Assembly: GCA_031414955.1 (NCBI GenBank) | Contig: JANOQV010000267.1 | Location: forward strand, 1 to 13,540 | Source of the DNA: Pedosphaera sp. | GTDB taxonomy: Bacteria > Verrucomicrobiota > Verrucomicrobiia > Limisphaerales > SIBH01 | Direction: 5' to 3' | DNA length: 13,540 nucleotides | Shown here: positions 1-8,339 of the stretch, piece after piece | Layout: each line of letters begins with the position of its first letter | Numbering within the stretch: position 1 is the first letter of the stretch | The notes under the pieces: generated by a model | Database searches by the model: none | What the model was told of the DNA's origin: nothing | Seen by the model: only the letters and a program-made list of their open reading frames with translations | Translations under genes and position numbers: made by a program

Positions 1-139
1 GCCAAATCCACGAACTGGGCCACCACGCCACCGCCGCCCTGCGCCGGCTGCGCCGCCGTCCGAAAATCATCGCCGCCTGTTGGAAACAATCCCAACTCCC
101 TTTGTGACTCGGTGTCACTCTATTGTACAAGTCTCAATA
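1..139 (+). mobile_element. Right end of an IS630-family insertion sequence (transposase C-terminus 3..107, partial; terminal sequence ending ...TCAATA)
   Basis: Frame starting at 3 reads QIHELGHHATAALRRLRRRPKIIAACWKQSQLPL* (TGA 105-107), which resembles C-termini of IS630 DDE transposases (recognition from memory). It is followed by GTCACTCTATTGTACAAGTCTCAA-TA; IS630 elements insert at and duplicate TA. The left end is outside the window. Confidence 0.7.
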
Positions 140-573
140 AGCGTTGCGCCGGCACGTCTCCCGCCGGGAGGATCGAATGGTCGCGCGCCGCCGGTGGAGG
201 ATTTGGGGACGCGAAAACCAACGCTCTCGTCGAAAAGGCGGCCGTCAGAAAAGTGACGGCGCTTCTCAAACGGCGCGGTTTCAGCGTCAGGTCACGGGAG
301 AACGATCGAATCGGCTATGACTTGGACGCCACCAAAGGCAGGACGGAATTGCATGTGGAGATCAAAGGAGTGTCTGGTGAGGGGACGCAGTTCCTCATCA
401 CGAAAGCCGAACTGGCCAGGGCAACTTCAGATTCTGCATTTCGGCTGATGGTGGTGACGCAAGCCCGGACGCAGAATGCACAAGTGCATGAATTCCACGG
501 CCGGGACTTGAAGCGCCGCTTTGCTCTGACGCCGGTGAGTTATTTTGCAAAGAGCAAGCGAGAGTTTCCCTGA
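112..573 (+). CDS. DUF3883 / NO VEIN C-terminal-like PD-(D/E)XK nuclease domain protein, probably a 5'-truncated remnant
   Basis: Motifs GFGDAKTNALVEKAAV, GYDL, HVEIKG, FLITKAE fit the DUF3883 pattern. The ORF start at 112 lies inside the putative IS630 end, so native coding sequence probably begins after ~139. Confidence 0.7.
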   Translation: MSLYCTSLNKRCAGTSPAGRIEWSRAAGGGFGDAKTNALVEKAAVRKVTALLKRRGFSVRSRENDRIGYDLDATKGRTELHVEIKGVSGEGTQFLITKAELARATSDSAFRLMVVTQARTQNAQVHEFHGRDLKRRFALTPVSYFAKSKREFP

Positions 574-685
574 AATGCGAAAGGCCTCCGGGAAACCCAG
601 AAGCCCAACGCCGACCGGAGATTTCCAGTCCGACTTGAGAACAATATGATTGAGCGAAGCCAGAGCATCAACAGAGCATAAATTC

Positions 686-3600
686 ATGAAGCATTGCCTC
701 ACTGGAAAATTGATCCTCCTCATCGCTGCATTGCTCGCGGCGGTCATCGGCGCGGAGGTTCCGCTAGCGCCCGGCATTCCCAAACCCGATGACGCGCCGA
801 AGCCGCGGACGCCGGAGGAGAGCGCGGCGGCCTTCAAGCTGCCCGAGGGCTTTCGCATGGAAGTGGTCGCGAGCGAGCCGCTCATCGCGTCGCCCTCAGC
901 GGTGTGCTGGGACGAGCGTGGGCGGATGTTCGTGAGCGAACTGCACGGCTACAATCTCGAAGGCCAGCTCGACATCGAGGAGTTGAACAAGTCCGGGAAG
1001 CTCGACACGCAAGTGCGCCGTGTGCAGGCGGACGAGAAGTTCAAGCAGGCCGCGCAGCGCGGAACCTACGGCGTGGTGAAGATGCTGCTCGATACGAACG
1101 GCGACGGACGCATGGACAAAGCCGTCGTGTGGGCGACGAATCTGCCGGCGGCCTATGGGCTGGTCGCGGCGCGTGGCGGCGTCATCGTGGCCTGCGCGCC
1201 GGACATCGTGTTCCTCGCGGATCGGGATGGCGACGGCGTGGCGGAGGTGCGCGAAGTGTTGTTCACGGGCTTTCGCACGGGCGCGCTGGAGCGTGGCATC
1301 AATGCGCCGCTCTGGAATGTGGACGGCTGGATTTATCTCGGACGCGGCCACGGCGGCGGAACGATCAGCGGCCCGCATCTCGCTGCGCCGGTCCGGCTGA
1401 CGGACTCGGACTTTCGCATTCGCGCGGATGGCAGCGCGATTGAACCGGTGACCGGCGGCACGCACACGCTGGGCTTCGCGTTCACCGAGGCGGGCGAACG
1501 GTTCGTCTCCACGACTTCGGTGCCGGGCGTCTTCATCGCGCCGCTGCCGTCGCATTACCTCGCGCGGAATCCCGACGCGGCGACGCCCTCGGTGAGTGTC
1601 CCCACGGGGGACAAACGGGCCTACCAGATTTCGAAGCCGCATCCGTGGCGGCAGAAGCGCGCCGATGACGCGGCCTACGCGAAGTTTTATCGCGACCGCT
1701 ACGGCGCGGGGGACAGCGAGGCGGGTGGATGGTTCACGTCGGCGTGCGGGCCGCTTGTGTATCAGGACAACGTGCTGCCGGGATTGCGCGGGCAATACTT
1801 CGTATGCGAGCCGTCGGGCAACATCATCCATCGCTCCGTGATCGAAGCCGATGGTTCCGCGTTGAAACTCCGCCGCGCGCCGGGCGAGGAACATTCGGAG
1901 TTCGCCGCCAGCCGCGACGGCTGGAGTCATCCCATCCGCCTGCAACACGGGCCGGACGGCTGCATCTGGGTCGTGGATTTCTACCGCGAAATCATCGAGG
2001 ACTACTCGGCCATTCCCCGGCACCTGCAACAGCAATACGGACTTTACGCTGGCCATGATCGCGGACGGATTTATCGCCTCACTCACCGCGATGCGCGGCA
2101 CGCGCCTCCGTCCGACTTGAACACGCTCGACGCAAAGTCGCTCGCGCGCGAAGTGGGCAGTCCGCTGTTCTGGCGGCGCGAGACCGCGCAACGGCTGCTG
2201 GTCGAACGCAACCTGGAGCGCCGAGCATCGCTCGGCCTGAAGGAATCATCGGGTTCCGTGCCGAGCAATGCTCGGCACTCCGAAGATGTCGCCACACCCG
2301 AGCTGCGTGCGGCGCTCAAGGACGCCGAACCCTTCGCTGTCATCAGCACGCTGCGGACACTGGATGGTCTTGGCGCGCTCGCGCCGTCGGATGTTCGCCC
2401 GTTCATGAGCCACAGCGAGGCCGCTGTCCGTGTCCACGCGCTGCAACTGGCCGACCGTTGGCTGGCCGCCGACTCCGCGACGCTGGAGGCAACGCTCGCC
2501 GCCGCTGCATCGGAGAAGAACCCGCGCGTGGCGCTGCAATTCGCCTTGAGCCTCGGCGAAGCCCGCGACCCGCGCGCCTTCGCCCTGCTGGCCCGCTACG
2601 CCCGCGAGCGGCTGGACATTCGCTGGATGGACGCCGCGCTGCTTTCCTCGTTGCACAGGCGCGGCGGCGAGATGCTTGTGGAACTCCTGCGCGAGCCCGT
2701 CGCCTCCGTGTCCTTCCTCGACAAGCTCGCCGGCACCATCGCCGCCCGGCGCGATGCCACCGAATTCGCACAAGTCCTCAAAGCCATCAGCCCATCCGCG
2801 CCGGAAGGACAGGCCGCAATCCTGAACAGTCTCGCCAAAGGCCGCGCCAATGCCCAACGGCTTCCGCTCGATGATGCCGCCGCCGATCGCGCGCTCGCCA
2901 CGCTGTCGGCCAGCACAGCGCCTGAAGTCCGCCGCGCCGCGCGAATGCTTGAGGAGACTTTCGTTTCATCGCCGCCGGATGAGGAAGCCATCGCCGGCCT
3001 TCCGCCGCTCGCGCCGGCGGTCAGCGAGGAAACATTCCGCCGCTACGTGGCCGTGTTGTCCGCTCCGCGCGACCCGAAGCGTGGCCACGAGCTATTCCTC
3101 TCCGCGTGCGCGACCTGCCATCGCGTCGGCGACGAGGGCACGCACTTTGGTCCCGACTTGATGGGCGAGCTGGGCATGGCCGAGGAAACACTCGTCCGAC
3201 ATCTGCTGCTGCCCTCGGAGCGGATTCGTCCGGGCTTTGAAACGATTTTGGTCGAGACTCTGGCCGGGACTTCGTTTGCCGGATTGTTGCACGAAGACGA
3301 AACCACCAGCCTGACGCTGCGCCAGCCCGGCGGCGTGGAAATAATTGTCCTGCGCAAAGACGTGAAGGGCGTGCGCCGCTCCGGCGTGTCGCTCATGCCG
3401 TCGTTCGCCGAGACGCTGCCACCAGCGGATGTGGCGAACGTCCTCGCGTGGCTGCGCGGCCAGCTCAAAGCCCCGCCGCCCGGCCGCGTCGTGCTCTTCG
3501 ACGAGGAACCCGGCTTTGCCGCGCTGCTCAACGAAGGCGGTGGCCGGGCCGAGGTGCTCTCCGCCAAACCGTTTTCCGGAGCGCTCTGCCTCAGCATCGC

Positions 3601-3970
3601 ACCACCACAGCGATTCAGCGCGCGCATCGCCGGATGGAATTACCGGATTGTCGAAAAGCCAGCGGCGACGAATGAGTTTCGTTTCCTGCGCCTCGCCTGG
3701 CGCGCGAGCGGCGACGGCGTGATGATCGAACTCGCCGCCAACGGCCAATGGCCCAAAGCGGAGGATCTGCGTCGCCGCTACTTCGCCGGCAAGAACACCA
3801 CCGCCTGGCAGGCGCGTGAAGTGCGAGCCGCAGCCCCGGCCGAGTGGCGCGCAGAGGTTTTCGATCTCTGGAAGGACTGCGGCACCTTCACCCTCACCGG
3901 CCTGGCACCGACCGCGCTGGGCGGGGCGGCGTTCTTCGACCATATCGAGCTAATGCAAATGAACCCTTGA
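686..3970 (+). CDS. PVC-type heme-binding CxxCH protein (putative membrane-bound dehydrogenase: beta-propeller, HEAT-like repeats, cytochrome c, extra C-terminal domain)
   Basis: Signal peptide from ATG 686 (MKHCLTGKLILLIAALLAAVIGA). N-terminal FKLPEGFRMEVVASEPLIASPSAVCWDERGRMFVSE is typical of the Planctomycete/Verrucomicrobia dehydrogenase domain. Helical Ala/Leu-rich middle. CATCH heme motif at 3107-3121 with downstream SLMP (candidate axial Met). Confidence 0.88.
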   Translation: MKHCLTGKLILLIAALLAAVIGAEVPLAPGIPKPDDAPKPRTPEESAAAFKLPEGFRMEVVASEPLIASPSAVCWDERGRMFVSELHGYNLEGQLDIEELNKSGKLDTQVRRVQADEKFKQAAQRGTYGVVKMLLDTNGDGRMDKAVVWATNLPAAYGLVAARGGVIVACAPDIVFLADRDGDGVAEVREVLFTGFRTGALERGINAPLWNVDGWIYLGRGHGGGTISGPHLAAPVRLTDSDFRIRADGSAIEPVTGGTHTLGFAFTEAGERFVSTTSVPGVFIAPLPSHYLARNPDAATPSVSVPTGDKRAYQISKPHPWRQKRADDAAYAKFYRDRYGAGDSEAGGWFTSACGPLVYQDNVLPGLRGQYFVCEPSGNIIHRSVIEADGSALKLRRAPGEEHSEFAASRDGWSHPIRLQHGPDGCIWVVDFYREIIEDYSAIPRHLQQQYGLYAGHDRGRIYRLTHRDARHAPPSDLNTLDAKSLAREVGSPLFWRRETAQRLLVERNLERRASLGLKESSGSVPSNARHSEDVATPELRAALKDAEPFAVISTLRTLDGLGALAPSDVRPFMSHSEAAVRVHALQLADRWLAADSATLEATLAAAASEKNPRVALQFALSLGEARDPRAFALLARYARERLDIRWMDAALLSSLHRRGGEMLVELLREPVASVSFLDKLAGTIAARRDATEFAQVLKAISPSAPEGQAAILNSLAKGRANAQRLPLDDAAADRALATLSASTAPEVRRAARMLEETFVSSPPDEEAIAGLPPLAPAVSEETFRRYVAVLSAPRDPKRGHELFLSACATCHRVGDEGTHFGPDLMGELGMAEETLVRHLLLPSERIRPGFETILVETLAGTSFAGLLHEDETTSLTLRQPGGVEIIVLRKDVKGVRRSGVSLMPSFAETLPPADVANVLAWLRGQLKAPPPGRVVLFDEEPGFAALLNEGGGRAEVLSAKPFSGALCLSIAPPQRFSARIAGWNYRIVEKPAATNEFRFLRLAWRASGDGVMIELAANGQWPKAEDLRRRYFAGKNTTAWQAREVRAAAPAEWRAEVFDLWKDCGTFTLTGLAPTALGGAAFFDHIELMQMNP
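2215..2281. repeat. REP-like inverted doublet inside the heme-protein CDS
   Basis: Arm 2215-2236 GGAGCGCCGAGCATCGCTCGGC matches the reverse complement of 2260-2281 GCCGAGCAATGCTCGGCACTCC at 20/22. Each arm is itself palindromic (GCCGAGC...GCTCGGC). The reading frame is preserved. Confidence 0.8.
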
Positions 3971-3977
3971 GATGAAA

Positions 3978-5696
3978 TCAACGACCGGGATCGGTGAGGC
4001 GGGTGAGTTTCAACGACGAGGAATCGAACCAGACTTCGCCGGGGCCGGTGGCTTCGCAGAAAATTTCCAGATCGGCGGCGGGTTGTCGCAGATCGATCTC
4101 GCACGCGAGTCCGGTCCAGTTCGTGCCGGCGGCGGGAGACAGTGGCGCGTAGGCGAGGTTGCCGCTTTCGCCGCCGGGGCGGTAGTCAGCCCGGCGACGT
4201 CCGTCCCAGCCCCAGTCGGGACTCAGGGAGCGTTTGCGGGAGCTGCGGACGCGCAGGCCGGCAGTGATTTGATTCGTTGGACCCGGCGTTGCGGGAACGG
4301 AACGAACGCGACCTTCCAGCCGGTATCGTCCTTCTTCGAGCCATACCAGAGTGACCCAGGCGCCGCTGGCCGCGGTCTCCGCGCGGACAACGAGCGACGC
4401 GGAGTTGGTCGGTTGGAGAAGGACGGGAGCACCGGCGTTCGTCCGGCTGGCCCAGCCGTTCAACACGCGTGATTGACCGGCGAGAAGCGGGACGAGATTC
4501 GTGATGCCCGCGAGTTGCTGATCAATGGAGGCGAGGCGTTCAGTCATTCGTTGCACCAGTTCGTGGACGCTCTGCGCGTGAACCGACACCGGGGTGACTT
4601 CGGAAGCATTCGTCGTGCGCGCGAACGCGGCGGCGAGCGGAGCCGTGAGTTCCGTGAAGCGGTTGCTGAGGGCGGCGGGTTGGAAGAAGGAACCCCGAAA
4701 ATCCCGGATGCGATCAAGCACCTGCCGCCGGCCTTCGGGCAGCGAGAGCACGGCGGTCGCGACGAGACCATCGCCACTGGCGAGCACGGGTGCGTCGGGG
4801 AGGATGTAGGTCTGGTCCAGTCCGTGCGGCAGGAAGACGAGCCGCTGCTGGCTGCGGTCGAAGAAGACGCGATAGTTGTTCGCGTGAAAGGCGTAGCCGT
4901 CGCCGTTCCAGGCCAGAATATCGAGCGCGAGCAGGCGCGTGAACCGGTCCAGATCGAGCACCGCCCCGAGGCGCTCCCAACGCTGCGCGGCCTTCGGCTC
5001 GCGGGCGGCGGCGAGCAGCGCGGCGGGGCCGAAGCGGTTTTCCAACGGTTCGCCAAAGGCCAGTTCGAGCGGTTGATCAAGGTCGGTCAGCAGCGGCCCT
5101 TCGTAGAGCGGTCCTTTCGCGTCGGGAAAATGGCGGCGGATGAAGCGGCGATCCCAGCCTTCGAGAAACACGTAAACGCCCAGCGCCCGGCCATTCAGTT
5201 CCGCCGTGATGTGGCCGGCGCGCGGCACGGGCACGCCGCCGCGCACGTAAAGTTCGCGCGCCACTTTCTCGCTCAGGCGCGTGGGGTCTTGCGCGGAGTT
5301 GTTGAGGGAAATTTTTTCGAGACCGTGAAAGAGTTGCTTCGAGCCGTGCTTGGAAAAATTGAGCGTGAAGGACGGCTTGGAATCCACCGGACGAAAACTG
5401 CCGAGGCTGCCCTTGAGATGAATCGCGACGTTGGTCCAGACGTTCGTTCCTTCGCGCACCGTGCAGAGGACTTCGGGCCGGTCGCTCCGAGGCGTCTCTC
5501 GTTGAAAGCTGTAACTGCGCAGAGCCTCCATCGCCGCCGGTGTGGCGTCGATTCGCAGGTGCCGGATGGTCGGGTTGGTGAAGAGGTCGTCGCTGGGGCT
5601 GGGAACTTCCGCCCAGGCTGGGACCAACGCGAACAGCACGGCGAATAAGCCGGAGTTCTTCCACCGTTGGCGGAAGGCGATGAGCAGTAAGTTCAT
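3978..5696 (-). CDS. CotH kinase family protein, probably secreted, with C-terminal beta-rich domain
   Basis: Motifs VAIHLKGSLGSF, KPSFTLNF, KISLNNSAQDP, LNGRALGVYV, WNGDGY..ANNYRVF and FLPHGLDQT match the CotH atypical kinase family. Hydrophobic N-terminus from ATG 5696 (the ORF track begins at 5711). Confidence 0.85.
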   Translation of the reverse strand: MNLLLIAFRQRWKNSGLFAVLFALVPAWAEVPSPSDDLFTNPTIRHLRIDATPAAMEALRSYSFQRETPRSDRPEVLCTVREGTNVWTNVAIHLKGSLGSFRPVDSKPSFTLNFSKHGSKQLFHGLEKISLNNSAQDPTRLSEKVARELYVRGGVPVPRAGHITAELNGRALGVYVFLEGWDRRFIRRHFPDAKGPLYEGPLLTDLDQPLELAFGEPLENRFGPAALLAAAREPKAAQRWERLGAVLDLDRFTRLLALDILAWNGDGYAFHANNYRVFFDRSQQRLVFLPHGLDQTYILPDAPVLASGDGLVATAVLSLPEGRRQVLDRIRDFRGSFFQPAALSNRFTELTAPLAAAFARTTNASEVTPVSVHAQSVHELVQRMTERLASIDQQLAGITNLVPLLAGQSRVLNGWASRTNAGAPVLLQPTNSASLVVRAETAASGAWVTLVWLEEGRYRLEGRVRSVPATPGPTNQITAGLRVRSSRKRSLSPDWGWDGRRRADYRPGGESGNLAYAPLSPAAGTNWTGLACEIDLRQPAADLEIFCEATGPGEVWFDSSSLKLTRLTDPGR

Positions 5697-5738
5697 GGCG
5701 AGTGCAGGCACGAACGCCCGGAGTGACGGCGCGCATTG

Positions 5739-5917
5739 AGAGCCAGTCTGAAAATACGGAGGCGGAGTGTGCCCGTCCTCGGGCGCAGCAAGGTGATGAC
5801 TTGGAGCGCGTCGGAAAAACCCATACCCGCTGAGGTTCGCACGTTGCTGCGCCCGAGGACGGGCGCACTCCGGGGTTGGCCGCTGTCGCTGCCCCAGTGA
5901 CTTTGCAGACAGGCTCT
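5739..5917. mobile_element. MITE-like element (~180 bp) with terminal inverted repeats enclosing a REP-like inverted pair
   Basis: Outer IR 5739-5754 AGAGCCAGTCTGAAAA vs 5902-5917 TTTGCAGACAGGCTCT (14/16). Inner IR 5763-5791 vs 5844-5872 (28/29). Lies between the divergent cotH-like and MBL genes. Confidence 0.65.
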
Positions 5918-6007
5918 AAGGTTCGACTTCGGAATGCGGGCTAATGTGAGTGCTCAGGATTCAACCAGGGCTTGCGCCGAACCCCGTGCTCGCGTTCTGC
6001 TGGCGCC

Positions 6008-7402
6008 ATGCGAATCCAATTCTGCGGCGCCACGCGCACCACCACCGGCTCCATGTTTCTGCTCGAAGTGAACGGGCGGCGCTTGTTGCTGGAGTGCGGT
6101 CTGTTTCAAGGCTCGCGCGGCGAATCCATCGAGCGCAACCGCCACTTTCCCTTTGATCCTTCCAAGCTGGACGCCGCCATTCTCAGCCACGCGCATATCG
6201 ATCACGTCGGCAACTTCCCCAACCTTTGCCGCCAGGGTTTCACCGGGAACATCTACTGCACTTTCGCCACCCGCGACCTCGCGGCCATCATGCTCGAGGA
6301 CTCGGCGCAAATTCAGCGCGACGACGCCATGTTCCTCTCGAAGCAGCGGGCCAAGAAGGGGCTGCCGCCGGTCGATCCGCTCTACAGTGGCGAGGACGCG
6401 CAGCGCGCCATCCAGCAGTTTGTCACCTTCAACTACGACCGGCCCATGCCCATCGCCCCCGGTGTCACGCTCACCTTCCGTGACGCCGGCCACATCCTCG
6501 GCTCCGCCCAGGTGGTGCTCGACCTCGAGGAGCAGGGCCGCAAGTTCCGCTATCTTTTCAGCGGCGACGTGGGCCGGGGCGACGATGAAATTCTGCGCGA
6601 TCCGGAGCCGGTCGAGAACGTGGACTTCCTGCAAGTCGAATCGACGTATGGGGGACGCGACCACGCGTTGAAGTCTGATTCCATGGTCGAGTTGACCCGC
6701 CTCATCAACGAAGCCTTCGCGCGCCGGGGTAAAATCATCATTCCCGCTTTCTCCGTCGGCCGCACGCAGCAGATCGTGTTCACCCTGCACCAGCTCACGC
6801 TGGAAGGAAAAATTCCACGGCTGCCCATCTTCGTGGACAGCCCGTTGAGCGTGAACGCCACGGAAGTTTTCCGCCTGCACCCGGAGTGTTTCAACGAGGC
6901 GACCTATCGTTTTCTGCGCGAGAAGGCCAACCCCTTCGGCATGGAGAACCTGACTTACATTCGCGAGCTGGCCCAGTCGATGAAGCTCAACGAGTTGAAG
7001 GATCCGGCCATCATCATCAGCGCGTCCGGCATGGCCGAGGCGGGTCGCGTGCGGCATCACTTGAAGAACAACCTCGGCCATCCGAAGAATCTCGTGCTCT
7101 TCGTGGGCTACTGCGCCGAGCACACGTTGGGCAGCCAGATTCGCGCTGGGGTTTCGCCGGTGAACATCTTTGGCGAGCCGAACGTGGTGCGTGCCCAGGT
7201 CGCGGCCATCGACGCCTTCTCCGGTCACGCCGACCGCGGCGAACTCAAGCGCTATGTCGCGGCCCTCACCGGCGAGATCAAGAAGATCGCCGTCGTGCAT
7301 GGCGAGGAGTCGCAGGCGCTGGCTTTTGTGGAGACGCTCAAGGAGATGAAGCCGAAGGCCGAGGTGTTCGCACCCGTTTACAAGCAGGCGGTGGAGTTTT
7401 AG
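6008..7402 (+). CDS. MBL-fold beta-CASP ribonuclease (YSH1/CPSF-73-like bacterial family)
   Basis: Starts MRIQFCGATRTTTGS. Motifs SHAHIDHVG (HxHxDH), AGHILGS, FSGDVG, ESTYG, FSVGRTQ, SASGM, FSGHAD, VHGE. Confidence 0.93.
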   Translation: MRIQFCGATRTTTGSMFLLEVNGRRLLLECGLFQGSRGESIERNRHFPFDPSKLDAAILSHAHIDHVGNFPNLCRQGFTGNIYCTFATRDLAAIMLEDSAQIQRDDAMFLSKQRAKKGLPPVDPLYSGEDAQRAIQQFVTFNYDRPMPIAPGVTLTFRDAGHILGSAQVVLDLEEQGRKFRYLFSGDVGRGDDEILRDPEPVENVDFLQVESTYGGRDHALKSDSMVELTRLINEAFARRGKIIIPAFSVGRTQQIVFTLHQLTLEGKIPRLPIFVDSPLSVNATEVFRLHPECFNEATYRFLREKANPFGMENLTYIRELAQSMKLNELKDPAIIISASGMAEAGRVRHHLKNNLGHPKNLVLFVGYCAEHTLGSQIRAGVSPVNIFGEPNVVRAQVAAIDAFSGHADRGELKRYVAALTGEIKKIAVVHGEESQALAFVETLKEMKPKAEVFAPVYKQAVEF

Positions 7403-7587
7403 GGCGGCGTTCCAAATTCCGCCGCCGCGCTCGCCCTCAATTACGTAGTCGCCTAGCCTCGCCCCTGCCGCCCAACCACGAACCCATCTCGCGCCGAAGG
7501 AAACACCCAGCGGCACCGCCGAGACGGGAAGGGCATCGAGATCGCCGGTCAGAAAACCTCTGCGCCTTTCCCGCCTCTGCAGTGAAG

Positions 7588-7658
7588 CAAAAGACGGGCG
7601 CGCTCCACGACCTGGCGGACTTCCCGGCGGCCCCGTGACTCGCGAAGTGCCTTGGAGT
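7588..7658. repeat. Truncated REP-like element abutting the ureC breakpoint
   Basis: 7593-7606 GACGGGCGCGCTCC matches 5858-5871 GACGGGCGCACTCC (13/14). The opposite arm appears to start at TGGAGT (7653-7658) and is cut off where ureC homology begins. Confidence 0.5.
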
Positions 7659-8324
7659 ATCCTGCACGACCTCGGCGCCATCAGCATGATGAGTTCGGAT
7701 TCGCAGGCGATGGGCCGCATTGGCGAAGTCATCACGCGCACCTGGCAGACGGCCGACAAGATGAAGCAACAGCGCGGGCGATTGCCGGGCGAGAGGGGCG
7801 ACAACGACAATCTCCGCATCAAGCGTTACATCTCGAAATACACCATCAACCCCGCGCTCGCCCACGGCATGAGCCACATCATCGGCTCCATCGAAGTCGG
7901 CAAGCTCGCCGACCTCGTGCTCTGGAAGCCTGCGTTCTTCGGTGCCAAACCGGAGATGGTGATCAAGGGTGGCGTTATCGCGTGGGCGCAAATGGGCGAT
8001 CCCAACGCCAGCATCCCGACGCCGCAGCCGGTTTTCATGCGCCCGATGTTCGGCGCGTTCGGCCGCGCGGTCGGCGGCACGTCGATCGCGTTTGTCAGCC
8101 AGCTCTGCAAGGCGAAGGGCGTGGCGAAGGGCTACGGAATCACCAAGCGCATCGAAGCCGTAAAAGGCTGCCGCGAAGTCACCAAGCGCGATCTGAAGTG
8201 GAACGACGCGCTGCCCAAGATCAGCGTGGACCCGGAGACCTACGAAGTCCGCGCTGATGGAGAATTGCTGAAGTGCGAGCCAGCGAAAATCCTGCCGCTG
8301 GCGCAGCGGTATCAACTGTTTTGA
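7659..8324 (+). pseudogene. ureC: Urease subunit alpha, C-terminal fragment only (~220 aa)
   Basis: [62 protein letters not shown] and [10 protein letters not shown] are unmistakable UreC. Homology starts abruptly at 7659. The N-terminal ~60% of the subunit and ureA/ureB are absent upstream. Confidence 0.9.
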
Positions 8325-8339
8325 CCTTTCGTCGCTGCC

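Noticed and set aside
7403..7426. Hairpin GGCGGCG/CGCCGCC after the MBL gene as an intrinsic terminator
   Set aside because: It has a 10-nt loop and no U-tract, so support is insufficient.
7635..7658. GTG 7635 as the start of a functional short urease
   Set aside because: The first 8 codons derive from repeat sequence and most catalytic metal ligands are missing.
5954..7822. Long antisense ORFs (622 aa here; also 896-2191 minus, 4473-5648 plus, 7437-8315 minus)
   Set aside because: These are shadows of real genes in high-GC DNA and have no recognisable motifs.
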